DNA of 63,870 nucleotides, counting the filler, from Reticulomyxa filosa (taxonomy: Eukaryota; Protista; Foraminifera): NCBI GenBank assembly GCA_000512085.1. It is 21 parts of 21 records of this genome, joined end to end, with 100 filler letters (N's around TTAATTAATTAA, not from the genome) between each part and the next. Parts side by side here need not be neighbours in the genome. Positions count along the whole stretch, not along the records: positions 1 to 1,054 come from ASPP01049767.1; positions 1,155 to 4,821 come from ASPP01022380.1; positions 4,922 to 6,218 come from ASPP01018699.1; positions 6,319 to 7,702 come from ASPP01034597.1; positions 7,803 to 8,881 come from ASPP01043337.1; positions 8,982 to 13,582 come from ASPP01018660.1; 15 more parts are not named here. The stretch is one strand, 5' to 3'. The notes under the pieces were generated by a model, which saw nothing but the letters and a program-made list of their open reading frames with translations, was not told where the DNA came from and did no database searches. Of this stretch, positions 1-13,682 are shown in pieces; the stretch's first letter is position 1, and each line of letters opens with the position of its first letter. The position numbers and the translations under genes are program-made.

Positions 1-243
1 ATGTGTAGTACCAAAAAAAAAAAAAGAGCCACTACTCGACATTGAATCATTAAAAGAAGTCCAAAAAAAAAGAGTGGAATCAAAAGTTTTGTCAATAACA
101 AAAAGTGGTACGAGCGAAAGAGGGGATGCTTGAAACTGAAGGAAAAAAGATGTTTTTTTCCTTTCCCTTATTTATAATTTCAAATTTGACCCACCAACAA
201 CATCAGAAATAAGGAGTGTTGTGGTAACATATCATTTCTCTTT

Positions 244-1054
244 TCAAGGATGTAAACCAAAGCATAGACTCTGGACAACATCGACAATCATATGAGGTGT
301 CCATGTCTGACCATTGGTTCCAGAACCCCAAATATTTTTCCTATCGCAAATAAGCTGTGAGATCACCTCTTCCCATTTGAGATCATTAGCGGGATGCATC
401 TGACGGTATATGGGTAACAGTTTCCAGCGATCGATTACTTTTCTATTTGCTGCAAACAAAAGAGTCAAAAAAAAGGATTTTTTTAATGGGCACATTTTTT
501 TGTTTTTTTTTTTTTGCAGGAGGGGATGGGAGAGGGAAAAAAGGGAGAGACAAAAAAAAAAAGTATACACCATAAAATCATTAACAAGTAAATACAAAAA
601 ACTTGTCAAAGTGGTGTCGTATTGAACGAAAGCTTTTTTGGATGAGACATGTGAGGAGTTTGATGGACCAGATGCACCGTGATTAGTATTAGTAGTGGCA
701 TTGCCTGCACCACTGCTCGAATCACTACCACCATTGCTTTTGTTATGGCGACGATAGAGTGAAATAATTGCAATGGTGGAGATCATATTGACTGGGAAAA
801 AAACTGGAATTAACAACAAGTTATAAAATATTACTGTTTCTAGTGTCACAAAAGGAACATTCACTGGATTCACTTGCAAATATTTTGTTGATACTGTTTC
901 CACTATTTTCCATTTCGCTAGTTTTTCACTTGTTTTGAATGCCCATCTTTCCAATTGTTGGTAACGCAAACTTCTTTCGTGTAAGTTCTTATGCATTCTT
1001 TGACAAAATTGGGTACGCATCAGAGCACGCCCTGGCCGATATCTTTTTTTTTTT
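244..1054 (-). CDS. Hypothetical protein fragment, probably intron-containing
   Basis: 258-aa ORF with protein-like blocks (ERSLRYQQLERWAFK..., KVIDRWKLLPIYRQMHP...) separated by poly-T/poly-A stretches that look like read-through introns. No family recognised. Confidence 0.35.
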
Positions 1055-1154
1055 NNNNNNNNNNNNNNNNNNNNNNNNNNNNNNNNNNNNNNNNNNNNTT
1101 AATTAATTAANNNNNNNNNNNNNNNNNNNNNNNNNNNNNNNNNNNNNNNNNNNN
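1055..1154. other. Artificial contig-joining linker (first of 20)
   Basis: N44-TTAATTAATTAA-N44, with stops in all six frames. Identical copies start at 1055, 4822, 6219, 7703, 8882, 13583, 20078, 21426, 23399, 24788, 25981, 30448, 32857, 35106, 37628, 39446, 51152, 54089, 55662 and 62366. Confidence 0.98.
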
Positions 1155-1369
1155 GATCAAAAATATGACTTTTTTAAATGATTTTTAAAAATTTCGAATG
1201 AGTCTATATAAATTGAACATGTATTGAAAATAAGAAATTTTTAAATCTTTTTGTTTTCATTTTAGGAATCTTCAAGTCATGTATATACTTTTTAAAAAAG
1301 AATTAGCCTTATATCTTTCGTAATTTTTAACAAAATTTTGAAATTTTTTAAAAAAACATATTTTTGTTA

Positions 1370-2255
1370 TGTTTTTAGTATTTTGCTGATTTCCTTTGCA
1401 TTGATTACATATTCAATTCTTTTTGACATTAGCTCAACTGGAGATTAACATAGTTTAGTGTCAGTTTTTTCAAATATTTTTTCAAATTTTTCACAAGATT
1501 ATTGTTTGTTGTTAATTTTTTCGACTTTGTATAATTTTACTTTAATTATCCACCGAAGGCTATCAATTGGATTTAATCCTGTAGAATTATGATGAAAATT
1601 TATCAGTTCTATTATTTTCTTTAAACCAACACATTATTTTTTTAGTTTTGTGACATAATGAATTTTCTCTGACCTGCCAGATCAGCTTTTCTTTTTACGG
1701 TTCCATTACTTATATGACGACAGCCAAAGTCGAATCTATACTATATTAAATTTCTTTGCTGCAGATCGAATGCTAGCTCCACCAACCAGCATACCAACAT
1801 CAACTCTTTTCTTAAAAGCAATCAAATGTTTCAATATTTTAAATATCAAAATTTTGAAATGTCAACAATAAAGAAAATTAGCAAAAAAAAAAGGAATTTA
1901 ATATTTAATAACTACAATGTAGTAATAGTGAGACGACTAAGTGTAATACGAAAGGAACTTTAGTTCCAAAAAGCAAATTCAGTAAAAGGAAATTAAATTA
2001 ACAAAAATAATCTCAACGCAAGAAAAGAAAACAATTAAAGAAAACACAAAAGTGAGTTGTGTTGTGAAGAGGGTTTTAACCCACCGGGTGTCCCACCGTT
2101 CCATTAGTATTTGAGATTGTATAATATGGACTTGCCCTACAACAATATTAGTATATATTTTTAAAAAAAATTAAATCTTTATTTTTCGTGGAGAAAATTG
2201 ATTCTCTTCATATAATGCCATTTAGGTATAGCAGTTTTTTTTGCAATCTATTGTA
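1370..2255 (-). mobile_element. Degenerate, internally deleted Tc1/mariner element with 5' terminus
   Basis: The minus strand encodes a broken HTH region (GASIRSAAKKFNI...GTVKRKA*SGRSEK, about 1830-1665). This is followed by a DDE C-terminal remnant (NSTGLNPIDSLRWIIK...MSKRIEYVINAK, about 1600-1390), cf. Tc1 SPDLNPIENLW...MPKRI. The terminus TA-CAATAGATTGCAAAAAAAACTGCTATACCTAAATGGCA is at 2255-2216. Confidence 0.7.
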
Positions 2256-2974
2256 TAATCTTCTCACTAACACTTGAATACAGTACTAATTAATACAATA
2301 TGTTATAAACAACAATCGATGCTTCAACTTTGCGACTATAATTGAGCCAAAATTATTTTGGACAATTAAGAAAAAGTGTTATTTAATTAGTCTGGCTCAA
2401 AACAATATCAGTTTGACAATAAAATAAATGGTTTAAACATTCAATCATAACACTCAACTTCTATTACCTCATAAAATGTATATTAACTTGAACCTTTTTG
2501 TCCATAAAACTTTTCTTGTGCTGTGTTTTGAGAATTCTTTCTTTATTAATGTATTTTTGTTTTATTGAAACCTGTTTCAGTAACGAAGTTACTTTCGTAT
2601 TAAACTTAAGTTGCATTCCTACAAAAGTTAAAGTGTCTAAAGTGAAGTTTAATAATTTTTTAAAGATCACGAAGATTGTCATTTTATAAAAGAGTTGAAA
2701 ATCAAACACTTGCAAGTTTTATTTTACTTCTGCTGTCAAGACAACTCTGGTTAGCAAAAAATAACTTTTGTTGTTTAATGCTTACACTATACGAGAGAAA
2801 AGAGTTTTGTAAAATTTCTTCAAATCTAAACTTACTCCGTAAAAAAATGTAAACCAACTTATGCATTGCTTATTTGCTAATTAAAAAAGATATTTTAAAC
2901 CTGGCAATTTTATGGGGGAAAAAAAAAAAATAATGTATTATGTTTTTTAATAATTATATATTGTAACAAAAAAA

Positions 2975-4821
2975 CTAGGCTTGTTTAAGTGGAGTGAGAT
3001 GAACACGGTATCCATCTGTCATATTTAAGATGGGTCCACCTTCAACACGAGGCTCTTCAGTGTCCACAGGGGTGTAGTCAAAGGTTTTCAAAAAATGGCA
3101 AGCAAAGATTTTGGCTTCCAAAAGAGCAAACGTTCTGCCCAAGCACAGACGAGGAGCAATGTTGAATTGTGGGAACATATGTGGAGGAAATGCCGCCACT
3201 CCTTGTTCGTACCATCGCATCGGATCAAATTTTGATGGGTCCTCAAAATATTTTGGATTTCGCGCCTGGCTCCATACATGTATCATCACCATATTACCCT
3301 CACGAATCGTATATTTTTTCTCGTCTTTTCCTCCTGTAAAAATGCACGCCACATAAGCAACAGCTCACTTACAAAAAAAAAAAAAAAAAAAAAGAGGATA
3401 TATATATCAACAACAAAGTGTATAAAAATTCACAAACCAGGAAGTTCAACATCTTTCTTTGCCATCCTAGCAAGAATCGGTACTGGAGGGAACAGCCTCA
3501 AGGTTTCCAGCAGCACCGCCTCCAAATATTTAAGTCTTTTTTTTTTTTTTTTTGCATACAACAATGCAGTATATTCCATTACTCCACATAATGGCGACAA
3601 CAAATTAAAAAAAAAAAAAAAAACTAAAACTTGTTCACATTATCGTAGGTGACGTCACCCATGTTATTAATTTCTTGCATGATTTTGGCTTTAATGTCGG
3701 GCTTGTCATAAATGGCATACAGGAACCACGACAGCAAGGTACGAGTCGTGTCACGCCCTGCAATGATCATGTTTAGCGCGATATCGCGCAGTTCTTGATG
3801 GGAAATATTCGGGTTGTATTTCACGTACAAAGACAACAAGTCGTGTGTTTGAGCACCACTTTCATCGACCAGTTTGCGTCGCTATACGTTATAGCAAATA
3901 TATACATATACATATATATATGATCCACATACTTATTATTATTTTTTTTTAAAAAAAAAAAAAAAGAGGGATATGCATTTATTTATATACCCACAATTAT
4001 TGTTTAATATATACACATATGTATATATTTAAATATGCATATATCTAACGTAAACGTATAATAAAATAACAACTAGTTAACAGAATCAATGTTGATCAGC
4101 TGATTGACGAATTGGGTGATGACACGTGCGTGTTTGGCATGGATTGCTTCTTGTCCGATTTCAAACTTTTTTTTCCATTGCCAAAAATAGTCCCATCGTC
4201 GAAATTGCAAGTGGTTGATTAGATAGTCGAACGAGTGCGAAAACTCGTGTATCTGTGGGTACGTTTCGAGAACATTCAACGATTTTCCAAACGATATTTC
4301 GATGAAGCTGTCCAAAGTGAACCGCCCCAAAATGTCGTTCATGTCAACCACCTGCTCCTTGCTTTCCTCTTTTTGTCTTTCCAAACATATCTCCTGTAGC
4401 TTCTTCATGCAACGTCTCGTCGCGGAAACCGCACAGTCGTACATGTAATCTCTCAAATTATGCATTGAAAACATTCTTTTTTATTATTATTGTTATTATT
4501 GTTATTATTGTTATTATTGTTATTATTGTTATTATTGTTATGCACAATAAAAAATTGACAAATTTAACCAAAATACAATCAAAGTCAACAAAAACAAAAA
4601 ACGTATTTTTTTTTTTTTTTTTTATGACCCTATTGCATCCCCTTCCCCCCCCCCCCCCCTTTTCAAAAAAAAAAAAATTTACCTTGACGCTGCTTTTCGA
4701 TGGAATTTCCATCGTTCTCCATTGGAGACAAATATCCCGTCACCGAAAAGTTCGTGAAATCTTTGGTGAAAGAGCTCCGGCTTTTCGAACAGGTCGAACT
4801 CCCTTTCGAACACAAATTTCG
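2975..4821 (-). CDS. Cytochrome P450, CYP86/CYP704-like (multi-exon, 5' truncated)
   Basis: Spliced exons give FGDGIFVSNGERWKFHRKAAS, the I-helix NMIIAGRDTT, the K-helix ETLRLFPPVP, FDPMRW and the heme loop FNIAPRLCLG. GT-AG introns are present (e.g. 3630-3536). Stop at 2975. Confidence 0.92.
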
Positions 4822-4921
4822 NNNNNNNNNNNNNNNNNNNNNNNNNNNNNNNNNNNNNNNNNNNNTTAATTAATTAANNNNNNNNNNNNNNNNNNNNNNN
4901 NNNNNNNNNNNNNNNNNNNNN

Positions 4922-6218
4922 CTGGCCGAGGCCGTCGACGTCTCACCCGACGGCAAGACCTACAGCTTCACGCTGCGCGAGGGGGTGCGCTTCCACAACG
5001 GCGCGCTGCTCACCAGCGAGGACGTGCTGTGGGCCTGGAAGCGCTATCTCAATCCCGCCGGCAAGTGGCGCTGTCTGCCCGAGCTGACCGGCGGCATCGC
5101 CAAGATCCTCGATATCGCGGCCAAGGACGCGCGCACGGTGGTCTTCACCCTCGACCGGCCGACGGCCTTGTTTCTCGTCACCCTGGCCCGCCCCGATTGC
5201 GGTGGCTCGGGCATCGTCCATCGCGACTCGCTCGACGCCGACGGCAAGTGGAAGGCGCCGGTCGGCACCGGTCCGTTCCGTTTCGGTGAATGGCGACGCG
5301 ACCAGTATATCGAGCTGGTGCGCCATGACGGTTATACGCGCCGCGAAGGTCCGCGCGACGGCTTCACCGGCGGCAAGGTCGCGATGGTCGAGCGCGTGCG
5401 CTTCAACGTCATCCCCGATTCCTCGGCGGCGCGGGCTGCCCTGCTGAGCGGCGGGATCGAAGCTACCAGCATCTCGACCAACGAGTATGGCGACGTGAAG
5501 GATCGCCGTGACGTCAAGGTCAGCGTCTCGCCGACCATGGCCTTCGCCGCGATTCTGATGCAGGTCAAGGACCCCATCCTGAAGGATGTCCGCGTGCGCC
5601 GCGCGCTGGCGCTGTCGATCGACACGGCCGAGCTGGTCGATGCGGTGACGATGGGCCTGGCCAAGCCCAACAATTCGCCGATCCCGCCCGGCAGCCCGTG
5701 GTACAGCGCGACCCTGGCGACCGGCTTCAAGCGCGACCTGCCGCAGGCGAGGAAGCTGCTGGCCGAGGCGGGCTACAAGGGCGAGGCGATCAAGCTGATC
5801 GCCAACAAGCGCTACGGCTATATGTTCGACGCCGCCGTCCTTGTGCAGGCGATGGCCGCCGAGGCCGGCCTCAAAATCGATGTCGAAGTCCAGGACTGGG
5901 CGAGTCAGCTCGACCGCTACTCGCGCGGCGACTACCAGGCCATGTCCTTCGCCTATTCGGCGCGGCTCGATCCGGCCCTGAGCTACGAGGTCTTCTCTGG
6001 CCCCAAGGCGACCCAGCCGCGCAAGGTCTGGGACGATCCCCAGGTCGAGGAACTGCTGCGCGAATCGATGCGGACCGGCGATACCGCGCGCCGCCAGGCG
6101 ATCTTCGACGATTTGCACCGCCGGTTGCTCGCCGACGTACCGCTGATCGCGCTCTTCAATCCCGTCGAGATCGTCGCGGTGCGGGCCAATGTCGAGGGCT
6201 TTGCCGGCTGGCCGGCGG
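4922..6218 (+). CDS. Bacterial ABC transporter substrate-binding protein, family 5 (DppA/OppA-like), partial at both ends
   Basis: The frame is open across the whole contig: VSPDGKTYSFTLREGVRFHNG, PVGTGPFRF, DVRVRRALALSID. The contig is very GC-rich and intronless, unlike all others. Confidence 0.93.
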
Positions 6219-8018
6219 NNNNNNNNNNNNNNNNNNNNNNNNNNNNNNNNNNNNNNNNNNNNTTAATTAATTAANNNNNNNNNNNNNNNNNNNNNNNNNN
6301 NNNNNNNNNNNNNNNNNNATCATTCACTTAGAGAAAAAAAAATGAATAGGGGTAAGGCCCCCCGTCTCCGCAAGGAGTACAAATGGTTTGGTATATATTT
6401 ATACGTTTGGTTTTTTTGACATAATTGACGTTGTTTTTTCATTGACAGCCGCAGCCCGTCTGTTCAAAAAAAAATAAATGTATACGTCCAACTCCTAACT
6501 ATCAACAAAGAAAAATATCGGGGTTTGAAGCCACATCGTGTTGCAAAAAAAGCTAAAGAGTTTGTATCTTTTTTTTATTTTATTTTTTATTTTTTTTGTC
6601 AAATGTTTGTGTTTGTCAATAGGCATGCCCCCATCAACAAAAAATTTTATTTACCCTCCACGCACAAAAGAAAAAATATATATATATATTTGAATTAGAG
6701 CCGTTAGCTCCACGTCAAAATATGTTTTTTTTTTTTTTTTAAGATTAAACAATATTTCAAATTGTGAATTTGTTTACATAAGGGGATTGTGAAGATTTGG
6801 GGGAAAGAAAATAAATGGAAAAAGGGGAAAATAAATTGGAAGAAAGGGAAAATAAATGGGGAATATGGGAAAACAAATGGGGAAAAATTAGTTGTGAAAA
6901 AATTTTATTTAAGAAAGTTGAAAAAAATAATGAAAAATATGTTGAAATAAAAAATGTTGAAAAATTTAAAAGAAAAAAAAAAATGACAATGAGAAAAAAA
7001 AGGAAAAAAAGTAAAAAAAAGAAAAAAAAAGGCAAAAACGAAAAAAATAGAGAAAAAAAAAAGAAAAAAAAGAAGAAAAGGCAGAGATCGTGCCGAAACT
7101 TATGTGTGCGCAAAATCGCAACTTGATTTTGAATCGTGAGCTCCGTTGAGCATTATCGGTTGGTGAAGAAAGAAAATAGATAATTGCATTTTCCGACTTC
7201 ATTGCCGCAAGAGTTTTTTGCCTTGCGTTTGCCGAGCAAGTGCATATAATTTTTAGAAAACTGCATCTGGGATCGGCTATGGAATACGGATAACGTGTTG
7301 GATGGCAATCAAGGAAGCAATGAAAAGATGGACAATGGATAGATTTAATAAAAAAAAATACATGCAAATGGTACACTCTATCGTTGCAAATGCTCAGGTC
7401 CGTTCGATCATGTCAATGTGCGTTATTCATAATAAGGTGAAAGAGCAGATGGACTTATATTGGAAACATCACGATATGAAATTGGGATGGTTTAGCAAGA
7501 TTACTTCAAAATAATCTCAAGCAATATTAGACGTTGGTGACGCCAAATATAGAAGCAAGCTCGCAAAAAGAAAAGAAGAAAACGTGATAGCACTCAAAGT
7601 GAAATCGATGTTGGTACAGGCGACGGCAGCGACTGGACGACGAAGAAGTGGAAGGCGACTAAGAAAAAAGGAAGAGCATCGTCAAAAAAAAATAACATAG
7701 ACNNNNNNNNNNNNNNNNNNNNNNNNNNNNNNNNNNNNNNNNNNNNTTAATTAATTAANNNNNNNNNNNNNNNNNNNNNNNNNNNNNNNNNNNNNNNNNN
7801 NNAATAAGTGATTCAAAATGATCCCTTCTGCTTCAATTTGATTTCGTGTTCAACTTGGAATAATAAAAAAAGAGACATCAGCTTTTATAGTGAACTCACT
7901 CTTTTTGTTGTACTGTGTACAAAGGAGTAATTCTCTTTGCGCTCTTGTAACGTCTTTGTAAAAGACGATGGATGAAATGTTTTGTAACTCACATTATTAT
8001 TATTATTACATCATAAAT

Positions 8019-8768
8019 TCAAGGTATTAAATGCAACTTAAAAAAAAAAAGCAAACATATACCCGCATCTTTGTCCCTTTTTAATGAAATGAATGAGACA
8101 TTTGTTTCCGGTTCACAAACATAAATGCGCAGATTCCTTCCACCCCGGCGTTTGTATACAATATTTTGATACTCTTGCATTAGATTGGTAATCTTTGCAT
8201 CTTCGGTTAACTCTTGAAATGTTTCCCAACACTTTTTCATTTCTGGAGTTTTGAAATGAACAATTGTACAAATCCCTAATGAAATACCACACCGGATTTT
8301 TATGTACGCTTCAATCACTTTCTTTGCACAATTGAATGCGCTTTCAGTTGAATTACTCAAGAGCCACTCTAAGAATAAACAATTATACATTTAAAATAGT
8401 GCGCTTCAAAAAAAACACACATACACATATTCAATAGACAAATAAATAAAGTATATGTAACTGAATGCATTCTCCAATGCTTGGTTAGCAGCATTAAAAG
8501 CTTTCAGTGCTTGCATTGCACTTCCCGAAAGTGGGATTGTTTGCATTTTTCGTCTATCCAAATCCAACACAAAACATATTCAATTGCTCATTATGATTTC
8601 ACAGAAATAAAGACCAAACAATGAAGTTTGTGCTACCAGCTTCACGTTTATTGGATGCCATTTATTATTTACAAATCGCAATCGAAATTGTACAATACCA
8701 TCTTTTCTTGGCTCCACTTTCGATATTGGAGAAGGTCTAGCTTTCCAAAAGACCATCTTTATTGCCAT
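8019..8768 (-). CDS. Hypothetical multi-exon protein fragment
   Basis: Consecutive minus-strand blocks (MAIKMVFWKARP..., LDRRKMQTIPLSG..., EWLLSNSTESAFNC...) are separated by short AT-rich intron-like gaps. No family recognised. Confidence 0.35.
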
Positions 8769-9132
8769 AATTCAATATTTTTTAAAAATGTGAGCAAAAC
8801 ATGAACATTGTCTCAAATAACACACTTTTTGTTCCAATCCTCTTGATTGCATTGAAAGTAGTACAATGTAAGCCATTGACTNNNNNNNNNNNNNNNNNNN
8901 NNNNNNNNNNNNNNNNNNNNNNNNNTTAATTAATTAANNNNNNNNNNNNNNNNNNNNNNNNNNNNNNNNNNNNNNNNNNNNGTTCAACATGCAATGTGAA
9001 AATGTATGTCCGTTGTTTTGTTGTTTTTTTTTGGAAAATATACAACTCATGAAAGGGTGTCGTTGCGTACCCACACTGGAAATGCATCATGTTTTTTACT
9101 TGAACGTGTTGTAGACGACACGGCTGTGGTAT

Positions 9133-10361
9133 TTGTTTGACCAAGGGTCACTTTACAAACTAGCAAAAAGCAAACTAGCAAAGATTGAAGGTACATCATT
9201 TTTGTGGGGCTACACCTTTTTTTTACTCGTCATAAAAACTTTGCCTTTCCTGTTATTTACAGCTGAACAGTGCATATCCCTGCAATTCGATATTCTTTCT
9301 TCTTTTACTTCAGCTGGTACACAATATATTACTTAAGTTGCGAACAACTGCCCAAACAAAGCTGAAACAGTCAAGCTTTTAAAAACGCGCAAGATGAGAA
9401 ATGATTCACTAAACATTCGAATACACTACGACGCTATTCTTTATTTCGGTGGTGACCTGTCTTTTCTGTGGTCCCTTCAATAAATTTTTTTTTGCTCGAA
9501 TCATTTATTCTTTGGTACCAGAATATCTTCCTGTGAGCATATGGCAAAGTATAATCGAAAACCCGGTGACGCTGCTTTCTTGGATTTCTCTTTTTTGTTA
9601 CCTATAGATGACCGTCTCCGAGCGGAACACGTTCAAGAGGCCATACAGCAATGTTGTGATTTGCAGGTTTATATCACACCCATATTTTTTTCGTGTATAC
9701 ACACACATAAAAAAAAAAAAAAAAAGGGGACTGAAGGCCGAACCTTTGTGCAAAAAATGGAGGGGGGAAAAAAAAAACTAAAATGAATGTGAGCTCAAGA
9801 AGAATTTTCAATGGGCAATAGGCACACGAAGGCGCTGTGATAATTGACGAATTCACGCCTAGCGACTCGAGCGACGGACTGTGTATAAAGGGGTACGTGG
9901 AGACCACGTATGGCAAACATGAGAGTATAATGAGAGCAATAAAAGAGAGTTTTGCAAGAGAAAAAATGACAGAATATTTGATGAAGATATTGGGAATTAA
10001 TTCTCCAGTGTTGAAAGCTGAAGACTTTGTTTGTCGATACGCGAGTGAAGGTCCAGCAAATTTCATCGATTTGATGCCATTGAATGAAAATGAGGAAAAA
10101 AATACACACGACAATGATGATCGTCAGTTGTTTCAATCACGCTCACAACAAGGAGGAACAAGCAACAGCAAAACTTGGAATAGGTCGGAACAGAATACTT
10201 TGTTCAATGCACAAGGCACTGCTGGCGCTGATATGGAAATCTCCAACACATTTGTGGACGACCCCGAATTGAACGACCCCGATCTGGATGACCCCAATGC
10301 CCCAGTTCTGAAGTGCTTGCCAAAACAGAGTCACAACACATTGTTCCTAACGCTTCTATAA
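9133..10361 (+). CDS. Hypothetical multi-exon protein
   Basis: Successive + strand coding blocks with GT..AG gaps. The last exon is the 174-aa ORF 9837-10361. No family recognised. Confidence 0.5.
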
Positions 10362-11452
10362 TTGCTCTGTGTATGTTGAATCAACAGTTGGAAAAGAAAT
10401 TAACAAACTTCCGGAAATTGCTGGAAAAGTTTATGGATGCTTGTACAAATATGTATGACCAGTTGTTGCAAGAGTGTGACAACCAACTCCAGCAGAATTA
10501 TTGATATAAGCTCAAATTGAATTGAAATACACCAAGGCTCATATCTCATTCTTTTATTACTCTTTTTATTCCTAATTTCTTTTTTTTTTTTTTTTTTTTT
10601 GAGTCATAAAAGAATTTTGCTTGCAAGAGCAACTGTCCATCTTATCGAGTTTGTTGCTGTGAACAAGATTGTTTGTTGGTTGTTGTAATGTTTGAAGCAT
10701 TTCAAATTTCACACACAACCCTTTTTTTTTTGTTGTTGTTGTTTATGTCTATTTGCGTGTATGAAAAAAAAGAATTATCATGTTTTATGGGTTGTGCCTT
10801 GGTCTTCTTTTTCACTCTTTTTTTTTCTTGGCCTTTTCTTTCCTTGCTCAAAGTACATCATATATAGCTTTCTGGAAAAGTAGGCAACACTATTTAGGAT
10901 AAAGCCAGTCTTTCATGAAGCAAAATCCAAACGACAGAGATAAAAAAAAATTGACCTAAAAATTTAGATTTTTTTCTTAAATAGCTATGGCCAATTTCTT
11001 CTTTTCTTACACAAAATTGGTAATCCTAGTCAAAAATTTGCATTTTTTCTCATGCAAATTTCTTTTTGATAATGCTTTCCATATGAGATAGTCCGTTCTT
11101 TATGTTTTGACTATATCAAGAATAAAACAATAATATTTTGTACTTATTAATCTTTGATAGTTTGTCCACGTTAAAAAAACACATTGCCGCATGGAACAAG
11201 CAGAAGTATACAAAGAAAATAGTAAGAACCTCAGCAACAAATGATAAAAGGATACGAGTATAGCAGATGATATGCACCCGCAAAACAAAATTAAATAAAT
11301 ATCAACTCTAAAGTTGTGAAAAAGCTAATTTGGAAATGTTTTAAAAACGTTTGATACTTGTTTTTTTAAATCGACACACTTATTGATAAGCATGCAGTAA
11401 AAATAAAAGTTTGTGTCGCTAATTGAAGAGACGCAAATAGGATCAAAGTATG

Positions 11453-12133
<681 letters not shown>

Positions 12134-12660
12134 TATGTTTCTCAAAGAAATTTATTCAATTAAAATCCAAAAGAAGTAGTCTAAAAAAAATGGCAATTAC
12201 GTGACGTAAATTTTGAATAAAATTATGAATAATGACATGTTTAACGATGGAAAAAACGAGTCCAGAGCGATAAAGGAAGAAATTTAGCCTTCACAGCAAC
12301 CAGGGAACAAATAAATCAGACCTTGAAGTAATCTTCAATTGTGTTACACGGTGATGTAAAAAAATTGAAAAATGTTTCAAATATAATCAAAATAATGTGA
12401 AAGAATTGACAAAAAAGTTGACTTGTTTTGTTTAATTCAAGAAATGCAATCGAAGTTTCATCCATTTGTTTTTAGAGCACGTTTTGCATCATGTTGACAA
12501 ATATGTTGATATTTGTTTTGTGCAAAGTTGCTTTTTTTTATTTTATTATTGTTTTAAAAACAGAAAAAAAAAAAGCACTAACAAAACAATCGAAATAATT
12601 CGACAACATACTAAAAAAAAAGAATAATGAAAAGGAAGTGAGGGATTTTCCTGGAAAAAT

Positions 12661-13505
12661 TTATTTGGTCATTAATGATAAGAATAGCAAGAAAAACAAT
12701 ATGATGGATAACCAAGGGAATGGAAAAAGTGTTCGATACTGAAACAAAGGATCCCACGTAGGTTTCACAGAAGAGAATGCATCAGGACGATTTCGGCTAC
12801 TGGCACCACTATCAACTTTTCGTTGGCGAGAAACAGACGTGTCAGATTTTAGTTTACTCGCCTTTGGTTTTTTCGGGGGTTCGTCCAATGCTTTTTCTCT
12901 GGCCGAAATATGTTTTTCCCTATCCTGTAATTCTTTTTCTTTTTGGCCTTTTTCCCGAAGATTTTTGTGCAAATTCGCATTTATTATCTATTCAACATTT
13001 TTTTTTTTTTTTTTAAAAAAAAAGAAGGGATTTATTTGTTTGTTTGTTTGTTTGTTTGAGGATACAATACATCCAAGCAAACACATGAAATCATATAATA
13101 CAATCCACAAATGCCATACCGTCAATTGATCAATACTTCGTTGAAGTGGCTTCAATTCTGTTTGCATACGTTTGCACTCTGCCGAGTGATCAGTCGAGTT
13201 GCGACGAACTTCTTGAAGGGTTTGTTGCAAGTGTTTGATTTCAGCCTCAGTGGCACTTACTTGGGCTTTTTGTATTTCCAGCTCCAATTTTTGTTTTTTC
13301 TTTTTATCTTTTTCTCTTTCCGAGTCGTGCTGAATCTTTTTCAATTCCTCCTCTTTTTGTGCCAATTGTTTTTGTAAGCTTATTTTTTCTGTTTGTCTCT
13401 TTCGCAAGTCTTTTTCCAATTTTTTCGATTGGTCTTGAATAAATTGGTGTTTTTCACGTTCCAATTCACGCTTTTTGTCCAAGGCTTCTTGTTTTTCGGT
13501 TTTCT
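12661..13505 (-). CDS. Coiled-coil protein with C-terminal hydrophobic (tail-anchor-like) segment, 3' part
   Basis: K/E/Q-rich heptad exons (12988-13482 and 12661-12972 ORFs) end in PFPWLSIILFFLLFLSLMTK*. Confidence 0.55.
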
Positions 13506-13682
13506 ACAAATGACAAAAACAAAGGCAATACACATATGCATATATATAAATATATACACATATATATATATATATATATATANNNNNNNNNNNNNNNNNN
13601 NNNNNNNNNNNNNNNNNNNNNNNNNNTTAATTAATTAANNNNNNNNNNNNNNNNNNNNNNNNNNNNNNNNNNNNNNNNNNNN

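Noticed and set aside
1099-1110. Palindromic TTAATTAATTAA recurring 20 times
   Set aside because: It is always centred in exactly 88 Ns, so it is an artificial six-frame-stop linker and not a biological repeat or regulatory site.
4943-6118. 391-aa antisense ORF and other overlapping ORFs on the GC-rich contig
   Set aside because: These are typical stop-poor shadows of a high-GC gene. The + strand frame carries the recognisable family motifs.
4822-6318. Apparent insertion of a bacterial gene next to the P450 (HGT island)
   Set aside because: Linkers lie on both sides, so the adjacency is an artefact of concatenation.
6757-7702. Poly-K/poly-F ORFs, GAAAATAAATGG-like repeats and stop-interrupted protein-like text
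   Set aside because: This is low-complexity, probably intronic sequence followed by an unassignable degraded stretch. No consistent frame or family could be supported.
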